From Spirochaetia bacterium (lineage in GTDB: Bacteria > Spirochaetota > Spirochaetia > UBA9216): DNA of 64,000 nt. A program made the translations under genes and the position numbers. The notes beneath the pieces were generated by a model. The model was given only the letters and a program-made list of their open reading frames with translations. It was not told where the DNA came from and searched no databases. This document shows, in pieces, positions 1 to 9,464 of the stretch. How positions within the stretch are numbered: the stretch's first letter is position 1; each line of letters opens with the position of its first letter. The stretch lies in the NCBI GenBank assembly GCA_963677925.2, contig CAXXYH010000003.1, forward strand, positions 1,728,001 through 1,792,000, written 5' to 3'.

Positions 1-723
1 ATTATCAGTTGACGACTGCCCTGAATATATAAAATTATCACTTCTATCCAGAATAAATATCCTGCCGGAATTAATAGGACTGATATTACAAATCTCAGCG
101 ATGATGTTGTATTTTGCCTGCACTTCAATGATTCCAATAGGCCCATGGGAGCTTTGCACTACTCTTTGAAGTGAAAATATCTTTTCACCGGAGTCCTCTT
201 CCCATTCATTATCATGAGGAGGGAGAACCCGGTATGAATAACCTGCTTCAAGCTTTATATCTCCGGGTTTCGGGCGGGAGAGCAGCTGTTTCCTGACCTC
301 ACCTGAATCTGTATCAAACCTCTTGCTTGAAAAATACATATTACTGTCACTGAAGACATTAACCCTGTCTATATCCGGAAAAGGCTGAGAAATGGTAAAA
401 ATATTGTCCGTAATCATGTTGTATGAACTTAAATACATCAGCATATTCACCGTCTCATAATTATATCCGCTTAGATACAGCAAAGACTGTCTAACATAAG
501 TATTAGTCAGAACCCCAAATGAAATCTGATTCATTTCCTTGATTCGCAGGTTAAGCTGCTCTGAGATTAATGCAGTTACATTGTTCATATCCCTGATTTC
601 ATTATTTTCTATATTCTGAGTCAGAATAATAAAGACAATTGTACAGATGCCGGTAATTAGAAAAGCTATCAGGATTGTGTAGAACATGTATATTCTGGTG
701 AACAGACTTCTGAAAATCTTTAT
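1..723 (-). CDS. Sensor histidine kinase (YesM/LytS-like, N-terminal TM plus probable Cache domain), 5' part only; runs off the window
   Basis: Hand translation gives an open frame from 723 to the edge: (I)KIFRSLFTRIYMFYTILIAFLITGICTIVFIIL...PIGIIEVQAKY...IFILDRSDNFIY. It has an N-terminal TM and a Cache-like pattern. AGGAGA precedes ATA at 723; the first ATG is at 687. The kinase core is not visible. Confidence 0.6.
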   Translation of the reverse strand, partial: MKIFRSLFTRIYMFYTILIAFLITGICTIVFIILTQNIENNEIRDMNNVTALISEQLNLRIKEMNQISFGVLTNTYVRQSLLYLSGYNYETVNMLMYLSSYNMITDNIFTISQPFPDIDRVNVFSDSNMYFSSKRFDTDSGEVRKQLLSRPKPGDIKLEAGYSYRVLPPHDNEWEEDSGEKIFSLQRVVQSSHGPIGIIEVQAKYNIIAEICNISPINSGRIFILDRSDNFIYSGQSSTDN

Positions 724-962
724 AGCAGCTCTCCTAATTTACACATTAAAGACGATACTATACTTTGAAAATCCAGCACATAGATGTACACTTGTATAAC
801 AGTTAAAGATTCTAACTGCTTTTATCCGATTTGGCTAATTAATTCGAAAGATTGACTTAATATTACATATCTTTGTTTTAATATTCCATTTATGTATACG
901 GTAACTGCACTTACACTTCTGTCAAAACGGAGCTTCCGTTGAAACTTTATGGAGGATGTAAA

Positions 963-2072
963 ATGAAAAAAGAGAGGTTGTTTAGATTAGGCTATGTCTT
1001 ATTAGCAGTCATGCTGATAATCTCGGGTGCAGGGTGTAAATCCGATTCAGAAAAAACTGCACAGAGCAATGACGGTTCAAAAAATGCGGAAAAACCAATA
1101 GAACTGTCCTTTGCCGGACTGATGCCGGCAGCAAGCCCCTGGGAATCAAAAGTGATGGTTCCCTTGCTTGCAGAAATTGATAAAGAAACCAACGGCAGGG
1201 TAAAAATCAATACATATCCCGGCGGAACGCTGCTTGAAGGCGGAAAGATTTATGACGGTGTTGCCATCGGTGCAGCTGATATAGGTCATGAATCGCTTTC
1301 CTGGGTAAACGGCAGATTTCTGACGAGCGATATTCTAAAAAAATCAGGAGTTCCCTTTAAAAGCGGAGAGGCTGCCAGCCGAACCTTCAAGGAATTTGTA
1401 GAAAAACTCGATCCGAAGGAATTCCACGATGTAAAGGTCCTGATGCTTATATGCACCGGTCCCGGAAATATCCATACGGTTAAACCGGTATCTTCGCTGG
1501 AAGATCTGGCAGGCATGGAAATCCGCTGTATTGGTTCTGATGCCCCGTCACTTACTGCACTCGGAGCAAAGCCGGTTTCAATGTCACATCAGGATGGCTA
1601 TGAAGCTCTGCAGAAGGGCATTGTACAGGGAACCCTTGCCAGCAACGAAACTCTTCACACCTGGCATAATGCTGAAGTAACAAAGTACACGACTCTCACT
1701 CCATTCATGTATAACGGTCTTCAGGCTGTAGTAATGAACCTGGATACATGGAATTCTCTCCCGGCCGACATTCAGACTGGAATTGAAAATGCCTGCAACA
1801 AGATATGGGAAGATATTGTAATCCATTTTTACGATGAAGAAAGCGACAACGGTATGACATATGCAGTGGAAGAAACAGGACAGGAAGTGATAACACTGAC
1901 ACCTGAAGAAACTGAACGCTGGAAAGAAAAAATCGCCCACATTCTTGATCACTATGCTGAAGAACTGGACCAGAAAGGACTCCGTGGAGAAGAAGCAAAA
2001 GAGCTGCTTTTTGAACTCGGTGAAAAATACAATAAGGTTCATGACAATTATCTCGCAGAACTAGCCAAATAA
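963..2072 (+). CDS. dctP: TRAP transporter substrate-binding lipoprotein DctP
   Basis: GGAGG then ATG at 963; lipobox-like ISGAGC; DctP motifs YPGGTL, DLAGMEIR, YEALQKGIVQG, WNSLPADIQ; followed by dctQ and dctM. Confidence 0.92.
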   Translation: MKKERLFRLGYVLLAVMLIISGAGCKSDSEKTAQSNDGSKNAEKPIELSFAGLMPAASPWESKVMVPLLAEIDKETNGRVKINTYPGGTLLEGGKIYDGVAIGAADIGHESLSWVNGRFLTSDILKKSGVPFKSGEAASRTFKEFVEKLDPKEFHDVKVLMLICTGPGNIHTVKPVSSLEDLAGMEIRCIGSDAPSLTALGAKPVSMSHQDGYEALQKGIVQGTLASNETLHTWHNAEVTKYTTLTPFMYNGLQAVVMNLDTWNSLPADIQTGIENACNKIWEDIVIHFYDEESDNGMTYAVEETGQEVITLTPEETERWKEKIAHILDHYAEELDQKGLRGEEAKELLFELGEKYNKVHDNYLAELAK

Positions 2073-2092
2073 TTTTCTATCATTCTTACCCA

Positions 2093-2122
2093 ATTGCGTA
2101 CCTGAACTCTCAGGTACGCAAT
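2093..2122 (+). terminator. Perfect stem-loop between dctP and dctQ (partial terminator or mRNA stabiliser)
   Basis: ATTGCGTACCTGA-ACTC-TCAGGTACGCAAT, a 13-bp perfect stem with no strong U-tract. Confidence 0.6.
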
Positions 2123-2143
2123 GATTCTTAAAAAGAGGAACAT

Positions 2144-2650
2144 ATGGATACCGCTATTCGATTTTTGAAAACATTTTCCAGAAAACTGGATTATCTGGCA
2201 GCTGCAATCCTGTTTTTGAACTGCCTTCTTGTAGTTGCCAATGTTATTACACGAAGCCCGGTGCTTGAAATGCCGATTTTCGGCGTATATGAAATTGTAT
2301 GTTATTTATCGCTGTTATCAATCAGCTTTGCACTTTCAAGATGTGCCTTTGAAGGAGGGCACACAAATCTGACATTCTTACTTGAAAAACTTTCAGAGAA
2401 GAAAGCAAAAATAATCGGAATCATAACAAATATTATTGTTTTGATTAATTTCATCCTGATAGCATGGAATATGGTTCTTTATACAATCGACCGGGTTGCA
2501 GTCGGAGATGTAAGCCCGGTAATGAGGATTCCCATTGTATATGTTATGGCATTTCTTTGCCTGGGTTTTGTCCTTCTTACAATCACTCCGCTGGTAAAAA
2601 TTGTGGAAAGCATAATGGATTTAAAATTGGAAGGAGAAAATAAGCAATGA
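2144..2650 (+). CDS. dctQ: TRAP transporter small permease DctQ
   Basis: 168 aa, 4 TM segments, NVITR...PIFGVYEIV...GGH motif; lies between dctP and dctM. Confidence 0.9.
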   Translation: MDTAIRFLKTFSRKLDYLAAAILFLNCLLVVANVITRSPVLEMPIFGVYEIVCYLSLLSISFALSRCAFEGGHTNLTFLLEKLSEKKAKIIGIITNIIVLINFILIAWNMVLYTIDRVAVGDVSPVMRIPIVYVMAFLCLGFVLLTITPLVKIVESIMDLKLEGENKQ

Positions 2651-3960
2651 GTGCAGCATTAGTAGGTTTATTAGGTCTAATTATTTTTATAATAGTGATG
2701 TTTCTTGGAGTCCCAGTCAGCTTCTCAATGCTGCTTACCGGATTCTGGGGACTGTCTTTTCTCCGTTCTCCCCAGGCAGCATTTAATATTATATCCAAAG
2801 ATATTTTCTCCAGTTTTTCATCATACTCACTTACCGTTGTCCCCATGTTTGTATTCATGGGCTTTGTTGCTTATTATTCCGGTATAGGTTCTGGTCTGTT
2901 TAGGCTTTCACATAAGGTTATAGGACACCGTAAAGGCGGCCTGGCACTGGCGGCTCAGCTGGCCTGTGCTTTATTCGGAGCAATATGCGGCTCACTTGCA
3001 GCGAGTGTGGCAACTATCGGAACTATCGCCTTCCCAGAAATGAAGAGGTATCACTACAAGGATGAATTATCGGCTTCCAGTATTGCAGCAGGTGCTTCGA
3101 TCGGCAGTCTCATTCCGCCCAGTGTTCTGTTTATAATCTACGGAATTGCAACTGAACAGTCTATCGGACGCCTTTTTGTAGCAGGTATACTGCCGGGAAT
3201 TCTTCTTACGGTTGCGAATATGCTGACCATCTATATCCTGTGCAGAAGAGACCCCTCACTTGGTCCGGCCGGAGAAAAAGCAAGCCGGAATGAAATAATA
3301 TCAACAATAAAAAAAGACGGATTACTTGAAGTTTTAGTGGTTTTCGTAGTTTCACTAGGCGGGCTGTTTATAGGCTGGTTTACTCCGACAGAGGCAGGAG
3401 CCGTCGGAGCTATTGCCCTGCTGGTTCTAACCCTGTTTGAAAAGAAAATGGATTTTAAGAAACTAAAACTCGCGCTTCTTGATACAACAAAATTAAGTGC
3501 AATGATTTTCATGCTTGTAGCCGCAGCAACAGTCTACGGAAGATTCTTTGCACTCACGCGAATCCCTTTCCAGCTTTCAACCTGGGTATCGGAGTTCAAT
3601 CTTCCAAATTTTGCGGTAATGGGGCTTATCGTTCTCATCTATCTGATTCTTGGATGTGTAATCGACGCACTGGCCTTGATTCTTCTCACTGTTCCCATTT
3701 TCTTTCCGCTTGTTGTAGGAACACTGCATTATGACCCAATATGGTTTGGTGTAATAATCCTGCTTGTAACAGTAATGGGAAGCATAACTCCGCCTGTCGG
3801 TTTAAATATTTATGTAATGAAGAGTGTAGCCCCTTCGGTAAAAATTGAAACCCTGTTCAAGGGTGTCTGGCCGTTTGTAGGTGCACTGCTGGTATGTATT
3901 GCTTTGATAATTATATTCCCGGCAATAGCCACCTGGCTTCCCGGGCTGATTTTCGGTTAA
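2647..3960 (+). CDS. dctM: TRAP transporter large permease DctM
   Basis: 437 aa multi-TM; motifs VVPMFVFMG, LIPPS, FTPTEAGAVG, ITPPVG; ATGA overlap with dctQ. Confidence 0.95.
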   Translation: MSAALVGLLGLIIFIIVMFLGVPVSFSMLLTGFWGLSFLRSPQAAFNIISKDIFSSFSSYSLTVVPMFVFMGFVAYYSGIGSGLFRLSHKVIGHRKGGLALAAQLACALFGAICGSLAASVATIGTIAFPEMKRYHYKDELSASSIAAGASIGSLIPPSVLFIIYGIATEQSIGRLFVAGILPGILLTVANMLTIYILCRRDPSLGPAGEKASRNEIISTIKKDGLLEVLVVFVVSLGGLFIGWFTPTEAGAVGAIALLVLTLFEKKMDFKKLKLALLDTTKLSAMIFMLVAAATVYGRFFALTRIPFQLSTWVSEFNLPNFAVMGLIVLIYLILGCVIDALALILLTVPIFFPLVVGTLHYDPIWFGVIILLVTVMGSITPPVGLNIYVMKSVAPSVKIETLFKGVWPFVGALLVCIALIIIFPAIATWLPGLIFG

Positions 3961-3970
3961 GGAGCAAATA

Positions 3971-4717
3971 ATGAACGATAAAATAGATTTATCAATATTC
4001 AAGGAATTTAATTTTAAATACAGTCCCGTTGGTGTCAAATTCCTTTTAACTAAACCTGTCGGAGTTGAACACATAGAAAAAAAGCTGGCATTCTGCGAGA
4101 TGCTCAAAGAGGCTCAGGAATACGACAGACCGTTTTATACAACTGCAGAAAACCATGAATGCAAAGCAGGCCCTATTCTTCTGGGAATGGAAGAGGGAGA
4201 TCCTATATTTGAAAGCGGCCAGGTTGGGCCGCGGCTCGGAGTATATGAAGATCCGAGAGCGAACAGGAAGCTGTATACCAACATGTCAAAATTTGAAAAA
4301 AACAGTGTTAAGTATGTTTTATATTCAAAACTCGATACCCTTAATTTCAACCCTGATCTGCTCATATTAACTGCCGATGCAGATCAGGCAGAGATTATAA
4401 TGAGAGCATATACCTACCGCTCCGGCGCAGCATGGAATGCAAAGGGAACAACCGTAGTAGGATGTGCATTTTTATACCTGTATCCGTATTTCAGCGGAGA
4501 GCTGAACATGATGGTCACGGGTCTGCATCATGGAATGAAAGCAAGAAAACTGTTCCCGCCGGGATGGCTCTTTTTGTCGATTCCCTACAATGCAATACCT
4601 GAAGTCACAGAAAACCTGAAAACCATAGAATGGGATCTTCCTCAATACTCCTGGGGAAAGGAAAACCATCTCAAACGAATGCAGGAAATCGTCGCTGAAG
4701 TTAAAGAGGAGCTTTAA
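3971..4717 (+). CDS. DUF169 (COG2043) family protein
   Basis: PVGVKF...FCEM...HECKAG...PDLLI...QAEIIMRA...GC pattern is typical of DUF169; AGGAG RBS. Confidence 0.75.
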   Translation: MNDKIDLSIFKEFNFKYSPVGVKFLLTKPVGVEHIEKKLAFCEMLKEAQEYDRPFYTTAENHECKAGPILLGMEEGDPIFESGQVGPRLGVYEDPRANRKLYTNMSKFEKNSVKYVLYSKLDTLNFNPDLLILTADADQAEIIMRAYTYRSGAAWNAKGTTVVGCAFLYLYPYFSGELNMMVTGLHHGMKARKLFPPGWLFLSIPYNAIPEVTENLKTIEWDLPQYSWGKENHLKRMQEIVAEVKEEL

Positions 4718-4740
4718 CCTTTTCTCCCAACAATCCTTTG

Positions 4741-4786
4741 AAAACCGGAGTTCCCGTGTTACGGTGCGCTCCGGTTTTCTCTTTTT
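4741..4786 (+). terminator. Intrinsic terminator of the TRAP-DUF169 operon
   Basis: AAAACCGGAG...CTCCGGTTTT followed by CTCTTTTT. Confidence 0.7.
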
Positions 4787-4860
4787 AAACCGCTAAAATT
4801 ATTGCATATTACCGTCTAAATGCGTAAATTAATGTATTAACCATCTGATAAGGACATAAT

Positions 4861-5874
4861 ATGCTTAAAGAAATACCTCAGGAACTTATAAGTTTTATTG
4901 ATAAATACAGCACTTTTTTCATTCTCGGTCATGAAGAACCCGATGGAGACTGCCTGGGTTCACAGACTGGACTTGCAGATCTGATATACAATCTTGGAAA
5001 AAAAGCGGCACTATGCTCTCCCGGTCCATTTATCAGACCTGAATCAATGGCGATGATGTCGATGTTTTCAGCAAGCATTGCAGAAGCTGCTGAAAAAGCA
5101 GGAAAAGACATCAGCAATCCCGATGTCAAAGCTGAATGTGCCGTAATAATTACAGACTGCTCAACCCCGGACAGAATAGGTGCAGGATTTGCTGAAGAAA
5201 TTAAGGAATATCCCGTGGCAGTAATAGATCATCACGCATCAGGCAGGCCCTTCGGTGATGTGAGTTATGTTGAGGGTAAATCACCTTCAACCACAGTACT
5301 TGTCTACAAGCTTATGAAGGAATTAGGCTGCAAACCGCAGGAGACGGCAGCCGAGGATCTTTTATTCGGATTCATAACCGACACAGGATACTTCAGACAC
5401 CTTGATGCTACTGAAACCGATTCTGAAGCAATGCTGCTTGCAGCCGAGCTGCTGGCCTATGGAGCTTCCCCCAAAAAGCTTTTCTACCGCATGTACGGAG
5501 GGAGACCTCTGGAGAGCAAGATACTTACAGGCCGCATACTTTCGAGAGCGGAAAGTTTTCTGGACGGCCGCTGTATATTCATCTATGAAACCCTTGAAGA
5601 AAAGAACAAATACGGCTCAAAGAACCGTGACTCAGATACTATCAACAGTCAGCTCTTCGGAGTTAAGGGCTGTGAAGCCATTATCTTTGTACGTGAAGAA
5701 GAGGACGATAAATGCTCAGTAAGCCTCAGAAGCCTTGAAGATCTTGATGTAGGCGCTGTCGCCGCTTCTTTCGGAGGCGGCGGACATAAGAGAGCAGCCG
5801 GCTTTGAATGGAAGGGAAGCCGCAGTGACGCAGAAGCGGAACTCAGGAAGGTGTTCACAGAGCTTATGTCCTGA
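4861..5874 (+). CDS. nrnA: DHH/DHHA1 phosphoesterase (nanoRNase/pAp phosphatase)
   Basis: GHEEPDGDCLGS, IDHH, TDTG and SLRS...GGGGHKRAAG motifs. Confidence 0.9.
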   Translation: MLKEIPQELISFIDKYSTFFILGHEEPDGDCLGSQTGLADLIYNLGKKAALCSPGPFIRPESMAMMSMFSASIAEAAEKAGKDISNPDVKAECAVIITDCSTPDRIGAGFAEEIKEYPVAVIDHHASGRPFGDVSYVEGKSPSTTVLVYKLMKELGCKPQETAAEDLLFGFITDTGYFRHLDATETDSEAMLLAAELLAYGASPKKLFYRMYGGRPLESKILTGRILSRAESFLDGRCIFIYETLEEKNKYGSKNRDSDTINSQLFGVKGCEAIIFVREEEDDKCSVSLRSLEDLDVGAVAASFGGGGHKRAAGFEWKGSRSDAEAELRKVFTELMS

Positions 5875-5921
5875 AAAAAAGCCTTCCGGATTATTTCCCT
5901 GTTCTGTGGACCTGCATTATA

Positions 5922-5943
5922 GAGGCTCCGGCAGCGGAGCCTC
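5922..5943. terminator. GC-rich hairpin between convergent nrnA and HIT genes
   Basis: GAGGCTCCG-GCAG-CGGAGCCTC; U-tracts are weak. Confidence 0.5.
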
Positions 5944-5946
5944 CGT

Positions 5947-6381
5947 TCAGATTTTAAGTTTATTTCGGATTGATTCGGCGTTGCCTTTCAGCTCATCAGC
6001 ATCAGCCATCCCCTTGGCCTTTCCGGGATATATAAATTTGACTCCATCACCCTCATACCTCGGTACACAGTGAAGATGGGAGTGAAATACCTCCTGAGAA
6101 GCGGCGACCCCGTCTGAAAGGATGAAATTCACAGCTTCACACTTAAGCCCGCTGCTACGGAGTGCGGTATTCACCTTCCGCCCTACTTCAAACATCCTTG
6201 CAGCAGCTTCGTCCGAAACATCGGAAATATACTGCTGATGCTCTCTTGGTATCACAAGTACATGACCGGGGTTGATGGGAAAAACATCCATAAATGCCAT
6301 AACAAGATCGTCTTCATAGACTATTGTTGCAGGCATTTCCTTTTTCAATATTTTGCAGAATATACAGTCATTATTTTCCAT
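5947..6381 (-). CDS. HIT family nucleotide hydrolase
   Basis: CIFCKI, PINPGHVLVIP and the histidine triad HSHLH. Confidence 0.93.
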   Translation of the reverse strand: MENNDCIFCKILKKEMPATIVYEDDLVMAFMDVFPINPGHVLVIPREHQQYISDVSDEAAARMFEVGRKVNTALRSSGLKCEAVNFILSDGVAASQEVFHSHLHCVPRYEGDGVKFIYPGKAKGMADADELKGNAESIRNKLKI

Positions 6382-6387
6382 GGATGA

Positions 6388-6416
6388 ATCTTAGCAACTG
6401 AATATCAGACTGTCAA
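6388..6416 (-). promoter_or_regulatory. Sigma70 promoter of the HIT gene (leaderless geometry)
   Basis: TTGACA-N17-TAAGAT, then 6 nt to ATG with no SD. Confidence 0.7.
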
Positions 6417-6499
6417 TCAGAGCTGTTTTATTCAGCCTCCTTCGGACCTCTTGCCCACAAGGGCTTTTACTGGAATAATAGTAGCTCTGGAGATAATCA

Positions 6500-7093
6500 A
6501 TGGAACTACTGCTTGCAACAAACAATCAGCATAAAAAACACGAACTTTCACAGATCCTCAGCGGTCATAAAATTATAACCCCTGATGAGATTGGAATAGA
6601 CTTTGACTGCGACGAAACAGGGACGACCTTTCTGGCGAATTCTCTTCTAAAAGCTGAAACCCTGTTCAAATTAGCCGGAAGGCCGATAATTGCCGATGAT
6701 TCCGGTCTATGTGTTGACAGCCTAGGCGGTGAACCTGGAATATATTCAGCACGCTACGGAAGCAGCGGTGGTCCAGACCTTTCAAGTGAGGACCGAAACC
6801 TGTATCTGCTTGATAAAATGAAGCATCTGGAAACAACTGCGGAGAGAACCGCTCATTTTGTATGCTGTATGAGTCTTATAATTGATGAATACCGTGTGTA
6901 TACGGTACAGGAGTCGGTTGACGGAAGTATAACCTTTGAACCGGCAGGCTGCGGAGGCTTCGGTTATGATCCCGTCTTTTTCCTGCCCCGTTACGGAATG
7001 ACGGTAGCAGAAATAGGCGAAGCTGAAAAGAATAAAATAAGCCATCGGGGCAGAGCTGCTTCCAGACTGGCAAAACTAATAATTGGAGAATAA
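6500..7093 (+). CDS. rdgB: Non-canonical purine NTP pyrophosphatase (RdgB/HAM1)
   Basis: ATNNQHK, ADDSGL, PGIYSARY, GFGYDPVF, KNKISHRG. Confidence 0.95.
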   Translation: MELLLATNNQHKKHELSQILSGHKIITPDEIGIDFDCDETGTTFLANSLLKAETLFKLAGRPIIADDSGLCVDSLGGEPGIYSARYGSSGGPDLSSEDRNLYLLDKMKHLETTAERTAHFVCCMSLIIDEYRVYTVQESVDGSITFEPAGCGGFGYDPVFFLPRYGMTVAEIGEAEKNKISHRGRAASRLAKLIIGE

Positions 7094-7094
7094 T

Positions 7095-8888
7095 ATGAGT
7101 AAAATACCGGAAAGACATGAAGTAGATGATAAAGACAAATGGGATCTTTCAGGTTTATATAAAACAGAAGAAGACTGGGAGGCTGATCTAAAGGCTTTTC
7201 AGAAAATGATACCCGGAATAGAAAAATTCAGGGGGACCCTGGGGGACTCCGCTGAAAAGCTCAAGGAATGCCTTGATTATATGAATGGATTTGAGCTGAT
7301 GGAAGAAAGACTCGGATCCTATGCCCATCTGAGACTCAACGAGGATGAAGGAAACAGCAGCGGACAGGAGCGGTTTTCAAGATTCATGTCTCTTGCGGCA
7401 CAGGCCTCAGCTGCTGCCAGTTATCAGACCCCGGAGATACAGGCGGTTTCCGAAGATAAAATGAAATCCTTTATGGCATCCCCCCTGCTCTCGGAATATT
7501 CTATTATGCTGAACAAGATCCTCCGGTACAGACCTCATATCCTGTCCGAGAAGGAAGAGAAGCTGATAGCCATGCAGGCAGAGGCGAATCAGACTGCTTC
7601 AAGGACATTTTCATCACTGACCAATGTCGATATGTCTTTTGGAAATATAAAGATTGAAGAGGGAGAAATTCCCCTCACACAGTCAACATTCGGCTCCTTC
7701 CTGATAAACCCCGACAGGGAAATCAGAAAGCAGGCATATTTTCAGTTCTACTCCGGCTTTGAATCTCATAAAAACACACTTTCAACTCTCTATGCAGGAA
7801 ATGTTCATCTGGACATATACAAATCACGCATACGCAATTACAGTTCCTCAAGAGCCGCAGCCCTCTTCCCGGACAAGGTTGAAGAAACCGTTTATGACAA
7901 CCTTCTGAGCACCATAGGCGAAAATCTCCCGGCCCTTCACCGGTATTACGATCTGCGGCGCCGTGCGCTTGGCCTTGAGAAGCTCAGCCACTATGACGTC
8001 TATGTTCCGCTTGTAAAGGATATAAAGGTAAAGCATAGCTATGATGAAGCTGTTGAAGTAATAATCAAAGCATTGGAACCGATGGGTGAAGAGTACTGCA
8101 GTACGCTCGAGAACGGACTCAGGAGCGGGTGGGTTGATCGCTATGAGAACAAGGGAAAACGCTCCGGAGCCTTTTCCGCAGGGTCCTACATCGGCGATCC
8201 ATATATCCTGATGAACTTCAAGGAAGACGTTCTTCGAGATGTGTTCACACTTGCCCATGAGGGCGGACACTCGATGCATTCCTGGTACAGTGTCAGAAAC
8301 AACCCATTCCAGAATTACAGCTATACAATATTTGAGGCTGAAGTAGCATCTACCTTCAACGAACAGCTGCTTGCAAAATATCTTTTCGAAAGAGCGGAGT
8401 CCGATGAAATGAAGGCCTACCTGATTGGAAAACAGGTTGATGATATTATTGCAACAATATTCAGACAGACCATGTTTGCCGAATTTGAACATCTTGCCCA
8501 TAAGATGGTTGAAGAAGGCCAGCCTTTAAGTGTTGAATCGGTAAGAAAACTCTACAGAAGCCTGCTGGAGAAATACTTCGGGCCTGATGTTGAACTGTTC
8601 GCAGAAAGTGATCTTGAAGGACTCAGAATCCCCCATTTCTACAGGGCTTTCTATGTTTACAAGTATGCTACCGGTCTTGCTGCCGCCATAGCGCTGTCAA
8701 CGAAGGTTCTTAACGGTACTGAACTTGATCGTGACCAGTACCTCTCATTTCTCAAATCAGGAGGGTCGAAATATCCACTTGAATCTCTTGCTGCGGCAGG
8801 AGTGGATATGAGCAGTCCTGAACCGGTACAGGCGGCAATGAAGCGCTTCGGAGAGCTTTGCAGTCAACTTGAGGGGCTGATCAAATGA
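7095..8888 (+). CDS. pepF: Oligoendopeptidase F (M3B)
   Basis: KWDLS N-terminus, GKRSGAFS, HEGGH zincin motif, AEVASTFNE, FYVYKYATG; ATG at 7095 after GGAG. Confidence 0.95.
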   Translation: MSKIPERHEVDDKDKWDLSGLYKTEEDWEADLKAFQKMIPGIEKFRGTLGDSAEKLKECLDYMNGFELMEERLGSYAHLRLNEDEGNSSGQERFSRFMSLAAQASAAASYQTPEIQAVSEDKMKSFMASPLLSEYSIMLNKILRYRPHILSEKEEKLIAMQAEANQTASRTFSSLTNVDMSFGNIKIEEGEIPLTQSTFGSFLINPDREIRKQAYFQFYSGFESHKNTLSTLYAGNVHLDIYKSRIRNYSSSRAAALFPDKVEETVYDNLLSTIGENLPALHRYYDLRRRALGLEKLSHYDVYVPLVKDIKVKHSYDEAVEVIIKALEPMGEEYCSTLENGLRSGWVDRYENKGKRSGAFSAGSYIGDPYILMNFKEDVLRDVFTLAHEGGHSMHSWYSVRNNPFQNYSYTIFEAEVASTFNEQLLAKYLFERAESDEMKAYLIGKQVDDIIATIFRQTMFAEFEHLAHKMVEEGQPLSVESVRKLYRSLLEKYFGPDVELFAESDLEGLRIPHFYRAFYVYKYATGLAAAIALSTKVLNGTELDRDQYLSFLKSGGSKYPLESLAAAGVDMSSPEPVQAAMKRFGELCSQLEGLIK

Positions 8889-9430
8889 ACTGCCTCAACT
8901 GCAGCTCCAAGGCATGCAAATCCGACGGACGCGACTGCAACGGAGCCCACGACAGCATAGTTAAAGAATATAAAAAAGACGGCATTCCCGAGTTTTACGA
9001 GAATGCCGATAAACTCGTTGCCGGAGGAAGAGCCGGCAGCCTCTCAAGACTTGATGAAGTAATTGAATTTTCAAATCTTCAGGGGTGGAAGAAAATAGCA
9101 CTGGCCTACTGTTTTTCCATGGAAAAGGAAGCTCTGAAACTTTCAGGGATACTGAAGGAGAAGGGGCTGAAACCTAGTTCTTTCCGCTGTACTGTTAACG
9201 GAATTAAGGAATCTGAGATAAGCGATAATCTTAAAGGCGGCGTCAACTGCAATCCTATAGGACAGGCTGAGGCGATTAACCAGAGCGATGCGGATCTTGT
9301 AATCGAGATGGGACTCTGTCTTGGCCATGATATCCTGTTTCATCAGTATCTGAAAAAACCGCTTACAGTTCTTGCTGTTAAGGACAGGCTATATAAGCAT
9401 AATCCGCTTCAGGCATTAGTTGAAGACTAA
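8885..9430 (+). CDS. DUF1847 family Cys-rich putative metal-binding protein
   Basis: N-terminal CxxC...C, SRLDEVIEF, CNPIGQA, GLCLGHD, VKDR...HNP. Confidence 0.8.
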   Translation: MNCLNCSSKACKSDGRDCNGAHDSIVKEYKKDGIPEFYENADKLVAGGRAGSLSRLDEVIEFSNLQGWKKIALAYCFSMEKEALKLSGILKEKGLKPSSFRCTVNGIKESEISDNLKGGVNCNPIGQAEAINQSDADLVIEMGLCLGHDILFHQYLKKPLTVLAVKDRLYKHNPLQALVED

Positions 9431-9464
9431 TAAACCTGAAACAGACAGTCGATTCGGTGTTAAT

